A DNA stretch of 64,000 nt. Source: Octopus vulgaris. Its lineage: Eukaryota. Made by a program: the position numbers and the translations under genes. The notes below the pieces were generated by a model. The model had not been told where the DNA came from, made no database searches, and saw only the letters and a program-made list of their open reading frames with translations. Shown piece by piece: positions 55,830-64,000 of this stretch (position 1 is its first letter; each line of letters begins with the position of its first letter). The stretch is from the NCBI GenBank assembly GCA_951406725.2, contig OX597818.1:86676001-86740000 (forward strand), written 5' to 3'.

Positions 55830-56225
55830 CTTTTTACTTGTTTCAGTCATTTGACTGCGGCCATGCTGGAGCACCGCCTTTAGTCGAGCAAATCGACCCC
55901 AGGACTTATTCTTTGTAAGCCTAGTACTTATTCAATCGGTCTCTTTTGCCGAACCGCTAAGTTACGGAAACATGAGCACACCAGCATCGGTTGTCAAGCG
56001 ATTTTGGGGGGACAAACACAGATACACAAACACACACACACATATATATATACATATACACGACAGGCTTCCTTCAGTTTCCGTCTACCAAATACACTCA
56101 CAAGGCTTTGGTTGGCCCGAGGCTATAGTAGAAGATACTTGCCCAAAGTGCCACGCAGTGGGACTGAACCCGGAACCATGTGGTTGGTAAGCAAGCTACT
56201 TACCACACAGCCACTCCTGCGCCTC
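55830..56225 (-). mobile_element. SINE family C nested in the RTE LINE
   Basis: Reverse complement of 43359-43820. Confidence 0.9.
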
Positions 56226-56749
56226 ATTATAGTTTATCATCACGTGACACAGTTTAGATCTGTCTCCTCTTATTGTACGAGTGACCAGAATATCTTTGAC
56301 ACTTATTTGTCGTCTGAACCTGATGTAATCTGTAAGGTGCCAATGCATTTATCCGGGATGCTTCCACAAGGACTTGTGTCGGTTCCTCTGGTTCTTCTGC
56401 TACAATATAGTATTGACAATGATTACATGTGCTACTCATGCATAGAAAGAAGTGTCATTGCATTGCTATAATTTTGTCAACATCATAGCACCCAGTCACT
56501 CAATCCTAGATACAGTAATGCCTCGATATACGAGTTAAGGTGTTCCTGGGGACCGCTCGTAAAGCTAAAACTCGTGGGCAGAAAAAAAACTTGTAAACCC
56601 GGGCTCTCGTAAAACAGGTCCTCGTAAAGTGAAGTACTATTCTATTTTATTCCTCCCTTCCTGTCAAATAAAATCACCCATTAGTATGTGTGCTTTATTT
56701 TATCGCCTCTCAGAAAGAGATCAAAGGGAAACTTCACATATAACATTTG

Positions 56750-57618
56750 TTTCAAATTTTGAAACAAGGCCCGTAATTTCGTGGAAGGAGCTAAGTCGAT
56801 TAGTTCGACCTTAGTGCTCACCTGGTACTTATTTTAACAACCACAAAAGGATAAAATGCAAAGTCGGCCTCGGCGGTTTTTGAACACAGAACGTAAAGAC
56901 AGACGAAATACCTATTTCTTTACATACATACAACCACACACACACATACTTAAAACCACACATACAAACATACACACACTTAAAAGGGGCTAAACACAGA
57001 GAGGACAAACAAGGACAGACAAACGGATTAAGTCGATTATATCGACCCCAGTGCGTAACTGGTACTTAATTTATCGACCCCGAAAGGATAAAATGCAAAG
57101 TCGGCCTCGGCGGTTTTTGAACACAGAACGTAAAGACAGACGAAATACCTATTTCTTTACATACATACAACCACACACACACATACTTAAAACCACACAT
57201 ACAAACATACACACACTTAAAAGGGGCTAAACACAGAGAGGACAAACAAGGACAGACAAACGGATTAAGTCGATTATATCGACCCCAGTGCGTAACTGGT
57301 ACTTAATTTATCGACCCCGAAAGGATGAAAGGCAAAGTCGACCTCGGCGGAATTTGAACTCAGAACGTTAAGACAGACGAAATACCTATTTCTTTACTAC
57401 CCACAAGGGGATGAACACAGAGGAGACAAACAAGGACAGACAGACGGATTAAGTCGATTATATCGACCCCAGTGCGTAACTGGTACTTACTTAATCGACC
57501 CCGAAAGGATGTAAGGCAAAGTCGACCTTGGCGGAATTTGAACTCAGAACGTAATGGCAAACGAAATACGGCTACGCATTTCGCCCGGCGTGCTAACGTT
57601 TCTGCCAGCTAGCCGCCT
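56750..57618 (-). mobile_element. SINE family A multimer with a 237-bp near-exact tandem duplication
   Basis: aaaggataaaatgcaaagtcggcctcggcgg at 56846 and 57083. Confidence 0.9.
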
Positions 57619-58299
57619 TAACCTCACATATAATATTACCATGCGAAATCATTAGAAGTCACAAGAACTAGCAAGTTCAGCGACATAATGTGTTGTCTTG
57701 ATAATACAAAGAGTCTCTGTCCTGATTCTCAGATGGAAGAATTGTGGCATCGGTACATATTGACGTAATATTGTTTCTATTAGCATAGGGTGTACGAATT
57801 GACATGCAACGCTCTCTAATATTAACTGGTGTCTCAGTCAGTTTAGATAGCACACTGTTTGTCACAACAAAGCCGATGTCATGTTGCTGATATCGACCAC
57901 GATGGGAACACTTAAAAAAAAAGGAGGTGGCCATCACCAAGCTCGTTATAAAGATCCTCTCCATGTAGCCTGAGAACATCAATATTTACATTATAGCGCG
58001 TTATTTGACTAGTTATAGAATCTGTACGACGCTGACTTTGGCCTGTCGAGTTGCAGATATTGAGCAGGGTTTTCGGTGTATAAGAGACAGATTCTGAGAG
58101 GAAGAGAGAGGAAGTGGATGTACATGTATATATATATTGGACCGGGCGACGCGTTGTGTTCTTGAGCAAAACACTTCATTTCACGTTGCTGCAGTCCACT
58201 CAGCTGGCAAAAATGTATGTATATATATATATACATACATACATACATATATATAAATATATAGAACCCGACGCTCTAACCATTGAGTCATAAGCATTC

Positions 58300-58353
<54 letters not shown>

Positions 58354-58403
58354 GAACTCATCATTACCTCACGATTGTGAGCCCGATCTAACCATAAGCA
58401 TTC

Positions 58404-58449
<46 letters not shown>

Positions 58450-58476
58450 AATGCTTATGACTCAGTGGTTAGAGCG

Positions 58477-58555
<79 letters not shown>

Positions 58556-58580
58556 GTATGTATGTATGTATGTATGTATG

Positions 58581-58619
<39 letters not shown>

Positions 58620-58624
<5 letters not shown>

Positions 58625-61600
58625 AATCGGGAAACAAAAAAACAACAACAATGGAACAATTACAGTATTATTATTAATAGGCGCTCAGGAAATGGAAGCA
58701 TGGAGGTATGACGTTTCGAGCGGAGCTCTTCGTCGGAAACATAAAGAAGGAAGAGAGAGGAAAGAAAGATCCCAGAGCGGGCCACGGAGATAGAGAAAAA
58801 AACGACTGGTGTTAGGAGTTACACATGGTGAAAGGCGGATGTTTACGATAACAAGAGCAAAGTGGGTTTTTAAAGGCAAAAGAGTGGAGACAAGGTTGGT
58901 AACGCAACAGATGTGTGTGTATGTGTGAGTGTGTGCGTGTGCGTGTGTGTATGTGTGTGTGTGAGGCGAGATAAAAAAACAAAAAATATATGTATGTGTT
59001 AGTGTGTGCGTCTGTGTGTAGGCGTGTGAGGTAGGGCGAGACGGTGGTCAGCATAGCAGCAGCATAGCAGACAAAGGTCAGTAGTAAGAAAAGGGAGGAA
59101 GGAGGAAGGGAGGGAGGGGAAGGGGTGGGGGCGTATGTAGCGTGCCAGCGTGTGTTGGGTAGTAGTGTGTGTGTGTGTCCAGTGTCGTGGTAGTATTAAT
59201 GGCGAGTAGATTGAATGTGTGTAAGAGTAATGTATATGTTTAAGCAATGTGTGTATATGTGTGCGCGTGTGTGTAACGAAAAAGGGGGGGGGGGGGTTAA
59301 GGAAAAGGACTCCAGCGGAGGGGAAGATGGAAGAGTGGTCCCGCGGAGACGGGCGTGGGAAAACCCAACGACAAGCGACATCCCAGGAACGGGCGGGAGG
59401 TCTCGTCGGGTCCAAGGGCGAGGTGCATGCGGCGCGCATGCGTGCGCGAACCGGCGCAAGCGCGTGTGTGCGCGCGCCTGCGAGTGTGCGCGTACGTATG
59501 TGTGTGTGTGGATGTGTGAGTGTGTCTGTGTGTATGTCTGGGTGGCAGTGTGTCCGATGAATGTATGTGAGTATGTGTGTATGTATGTGTGTGCATAGAT
59601 GTATGTCCGTGTGTGTGTGTGTGTGTATGTGTATGAGTGTGTATGTATGTACGTGTGGGTGTGGGGAAGTGTGTGTATGTGCATGTGTGTGCGCGAACAT
59701 ACAGGTGTGTGAGTGAGTGCGTGTGTGTGTATGTATGTGTGAGTGTGTATGTATGTGTGTGTAGGATGCATGTATGTGTATGGGTGTATGTATGCGTGTG
59801 TGTATGTATGTATGTGTACGTGCGTGTGTGTGTGTATGCGTGTAGGTGTGCGCGTGTGCATGCGTGCATGCATGTGCGTATGTGTGTGTGTGTGCATGTG
59901 TGTGGGTATATATGTATGTGCGTATATGTGTGTGTATGTGCGTACATGTGTGTGTGTATGCATGTGTGTGTGTAGGTGTGTAGGCGTGTGTGTATAGGTG
60001 TATATATGTAAGTATGTATGGGTGTGTCCGTGTATGTGTGTATGTATGTGTGTGTATGTAGCTGTGTAGGCGTGTGTATATGTGTGTGTATGTAGGTGTG
60101 TGGGCGTGTGTATATAGGTGTGTGTATGTATGTCTGGGTGTGTCCGTGCATGTTTGTGTGTGTGTGTGTATGCATGTGTATGTAGGTGTGTGTGTACGTG
60201 TGTAATGTGTGTGTGTATGCGTGCGTGTGTGTATGTAGGTGCGTGTGTATGTGTGTGGGAGTGTAGGTGTGTGTGTGCGTGTGCGTGTTTATGTTGGTGT
60301 GTGCGTATGTGAGTGTGAGTGTATGGGTGTTTGTCATGCATGTGTGTGCGCGTGCAGGTGAGTGTGTGTGTAAGTATGTGTGTGTGTATGTTTTTGTGAG
60401 TGAGTATGTGTGTATGTCTGTGTGTATGTATGTGCGTATAGGAGTATGTAGGTATGTGTGTGTGTATGTATATGGGTGTATGTATGTATGTGTGTGTGTG
60501 TGCATGTGTATAAGTATATGCGTGTGTGCGTATGTGTGTGTATGTGTATGTGTGTGTGTTTATGTATGTGTGTATGTATGTGTGTAGGCGTGAGTGTGTA
60601 GATGTATGTATGTATGGGTGTGTGTCAGTGTGTGTTTGTGTGTGTGTGTAGGTAGATGTGTGTGTCTGAGTGAGGGTATGGCTGTGTAGGTGTGTGTGTA
60701 TGAATGTAAGTGTGTGTGTATACAAGTGTAATGTATGTATGTAGGTGTGTGTGTGTGTGTATGTGTACGTGTGCGTGTGTATGTGTGTGTGTGTATGCGT
60801 GTGAGTGTGAGTGTATGGGTGTATGTCTGTGTGTGTGTATGTCTGAAGTGGGTATGTGTGTGTATGTATGTATGTGTGTGTGTGCGGGTATGTGTGTGTG
60901 TGTGTATGTGTGTGTGTGAGTAGGTGTGCGTGTATGTATGTGGGTAGGGATGCATGCGAGTGTGTGGGTATGTATGCAAACATACGCATGCGCACATCCG
61001 AAGCAAGCCCACACACACGAAGCGCGCTCACGCACACACACGCACAAGCAGTACAACGCAAGCCCAAAGGGGCCGACCGAGTCCACAGCGCGCGCCAAGG
61101 CGCGCGAGCGCAAAGGCCCTCGAACGCCCCGCTACGCGGGAACCGAGGATCCATCAGCCAAAACCGGAAAGCAGAAAAGAGGGGGGCTGCCTGGATGCAA
61201 AAAGGTGTATGTGTGTGTGCATTCAGTGTACGGGTGTGCATGTGTGGGTATGTATGTATGTATGTGCCTACATGTATGTGTGCATGTGTGTGTGTGAAGT
61301 ATGTACGTGCGGTGTGTGTGTGTGAGTGTGTGTGTATGTATGTGCGTATGTATGTGTGTGTGTATGTGTGTATGTATGTCTGTGTGTGTGTGTGTGTGTA
61401 AGTATGTATGCGTGTGTGTATGTATGTATGTGTGTGTGTATGTGCATGTGTGTCTGTAAGTGTGTGTGATTAAATGTGTGAATGTATGTACGTAGATGGG
61501 TCTACGTATGTGTGTGTGTGAACAGGCGTGTGGGAGGTAGGTGGGTGGGTGTGTGTGGGTGGTGTGTCCGAAAAAAAAAAAAAAAAAACCGATCTCAAGA

Positions 61601-61762
61601 GGAGGGGGCTGTGTTAAGTCCGTGTGGGGTGGTAGTTTGTAGGGTGAAGATGTAGCGTTGCTCCAAGTGGAGCCTGGAAAGTGGGCGACCATTGTGGGGG
61701 GCGAGACCAAACACTGAGATGTCATCTCGGGAATGGCCGGCCGAGCGGAAGTGGCGTGCGAC
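58620..61762 (-). mobile_element. 5'-truncated Penelope-like element: GIY-YIG C-terminus plus about 3-kb 3' region
   Basis: VARHFRSAGHSRDDISVFGL...RLHLEQRYIFTLQTTTPHGLN (61762-61595); hammerhead-like CCGACGA-A-GAGC/GCUC-GAAACGUC at 58736-58710; (TA)n on both sides. Confidence 0.75.
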
Positions 61763-61763
61763 A

Positions 61764-61829
<66 letters not shown>

Positions 61830-61968
61830 CATTTTTGCCAGCTGAGTGGACTGCAGCAACGTGAAATGAAGTGTTTTGCTCAAGAACACAACGCGTCGCC
61901 CGGTCCAGGAATCGAAACCACAATCTTACGATCATGATGCTGACACCCTAACCACTAAGTTACGCGTC
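61830..61968 (-). mobile_element. SINE family B 5' part
   Basis: tRNA-like head plus ttgtgttcttgagcaaaacacttcatttcacgttgc core. Confidence 0.8.
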
Positions 61969-62396
61969 TGGGTGGTTTCTAAGCAATTTAAAAACGTAAA
62001 GGCAAATTTATTAACGTCTCTAAGGTGACATAAGGTACGAAGTGGCACCAGCACTACATAGGTTTTTAAATTGCTCATAAGCCTCCCACATTATTTATAG
62101 TTTACACTTCTACTGTTTTTGAAATCAGCACATGTTTTTAACGGTTTTTCTTGTAAGTTGAAGAGACAAATTGAGATTAACCCTAGGCGCAGTAAGTACC
62201 ACTGACGAGAATTAAGATGCCCTGCATCAACATTTGAAATCACGTGACAAGGCTATATCTGCGACTGTAGGGAGTTTTGTCACCCTTGTCAACTTACTAA
62301 GATAGTGCATTTGTGACTAATGAGTCGCTTTGACTATTATTTCTAGCAATGCTGGCACCACTTTGTACCTTCTGTTACTTTAGTGATCTCTACCTA

Positions 62397-62428
<32 letters not shown>

Positions 62429-62659
62429 CACACACGACAGCCATCTTTCTGTTTCCGTCTGCCAAATTCACTCGCAAAGCTTTGGTCGCCCCGAGGCTAT
62501 GGAGACACTTGCTCAGGGTTCCATGGTGTGAGACTGAACCCAGAACCATATATGGTTTGGAAGCAAGTGAGTATGCTTGAGAAAGAGAGAATGGGGAGGG
62601 AATGTGTGTGCATGAGTGAGAGTGGGGAGAGGGAGAGAGAAAATCAATACGATTGGTGA

Positions 62660-62960
62660 TACCTCTCAGCTGCAGGAATCTGATGTAAATCCCAATATGC
62701 CGGAAACCAACCTTAAGCTCATCGCCACTGGTTGTTTTTCTCTGCGGATGTTCTCTGTTTAGATTCGCCGACAAGCTTTGAGAGCAGCGTTTGCGAAGTA
62801 CGAGAGCATGTCCATCAGGAGTGGCATATACGTTGTAATTCTGGAGCCTACTGCATTCCCAAGATTCCAAAGTGTAGCCGCAAAGCATTCAGTTGTTGTG
62901 TGTTACCTTGGGAAGGACCGCTAGAAAGCCTTGCTCAATGAAAGGCTGTGTGCTGACAGT
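62660..62960 (+). mobile_element. probable decayed RTE LINE C-terminus
   Basis: DVNPNMPETN...ATGCFS...EQRLRSTR...CNSGAYCIPKI resembles the RTE terminal zinc-knuckle region; stops and frameshifts present. Confidence 0.4.
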
Positions 62961-63142
62961 GAAATGTCAAAGACTTGTCAACATCTCAGTTCCTACACAG
63001 ACTGATACTAGCTAGCAGAAGTCAGATGTAAGCCAGCGGTTTGTAAACGTTACTGCATTATAGGCTGCCAATCACCTTACAAACACACACACACGCATAC
63101 CAGCACACTTAACTCCCACTCGCACAAACACACACACACATA

Positions 63143-63216
<74 letters not shown>

Positions 63217-63480
63217 CATGCAAACACACTTCTGTCACTCACAGATACACATACATTAATGGTGGTCATATCAAAAATTATTCCCATCACTATGGCTTCC
63301 CATAGGAAATCAAAAAGTAGTCTGAATTCTAAGGAATAGAAAGAAATTTGCTTCTGACAGACTTGAAGTCATTTAATTCAATATTCTGTCCATATACCTG
63401 TCATAATTATTTATATGAATGTTGGGTTAGATCCAAAACTTGAAGTAGAAATAAAGTCGGTTTGTGTTTCTCTACTAGAT

Positions 63481-63559
<79 letters not shown>

Positions 63560-64000
63560 TAATCTTTTCTTTAAAAGCCTAGTGCTTAATCTATCGGAGT
63601 ATTTTTCCGGACCGCTATATTACGGGGATTCATACACATCAGCACCGGTTGTCAAGCGGTGAAGGGGTACACACACACACACACACACGCACAGACACAT
63701 ACTCATGCTTGTGTGTGTGTGTATATAAATGAGTAACAAAGATATTCACCTACCTTGGAATCTGCACCTCGGAAATATTTGGAAAGTATCTTTATTTTAT
63801 ATAAGGATACTTTCCAAATACTGAACAAACAACAGCGGATTTATTCACTAAGTTTAAGAGTGCCATCTGCATACACTGCATGTATCTCAGGTAGAAAAAA
63901 TTCTATGTAGAGTTTGATACTCACCCAATATAGTTTGAGTATGCAAATAAGTTCGTCCGAACAAGGTGTCTCAATTTAAGTACCTTATTCAACTGAATCT

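Larger units (their letters stand above)
55260..58110 (-). mobile_element. ancient RTE (BovB-like) LINE 5' half split by later SINE and MITE insertions
   Basis: APE endonuclease motifs: QRRTDSITSQITRYNVNI...HDIGFVV...VNIRERCMSIR (57680-58080) and WKHPG*MHWHLTDYIRFRR...DILVTR (about 56270-56370). The continuation at 55260-55800 is weaker. Confidence 0.75.

Noticed and set aside
59196-61241. 681-aa His/Thr-rich ORF and overlapping long ORFs
   Set aside because: Open in several frames because CA-rich repeats lack stop codons; no domain signal.

Overview
Animal genomic DNA that is AT-rich and saturated with microsatellites. The tRNA-derived SINE families resemble, from recall only, those of octopus or another coleoid cephalopod. 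There is no complete host gene, and nearly all ORF-track entries are (TA)n, (CA)n, (CATA)n, (TAA)n or (GATA)n artefacts. The window holds many copies of three tRNA-headed SINE families (here A, B, C). It also holds decayed LINEs (RTE, L1/Tx1, RLE-type R4/Dong-like), Penelope-like (GIY-YIG) remnants, mariner/Tc1/pogo elements and MITEs, and non-autonomous Helitron/Helentron-like elements. Two isolated candidate host exons lie at 789-979 (-) and 40878-40943 (+, signal-peptide-like first coding exon). The most interesting signal is a set of type I minimal hammerhead ribozyme motifs read by eye. Two lie in a 149-bp-arm palindrome (7798-8114), one is well paired (45089-45161), one sits at the tail of an apparent tRNA-headed SINE (13681-14615), and a variant ends a 3-kb Penelope 3' region that carries two GC-rich structured islands (58620-61762). 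All calls are by eye; no searches or folding programs were run.
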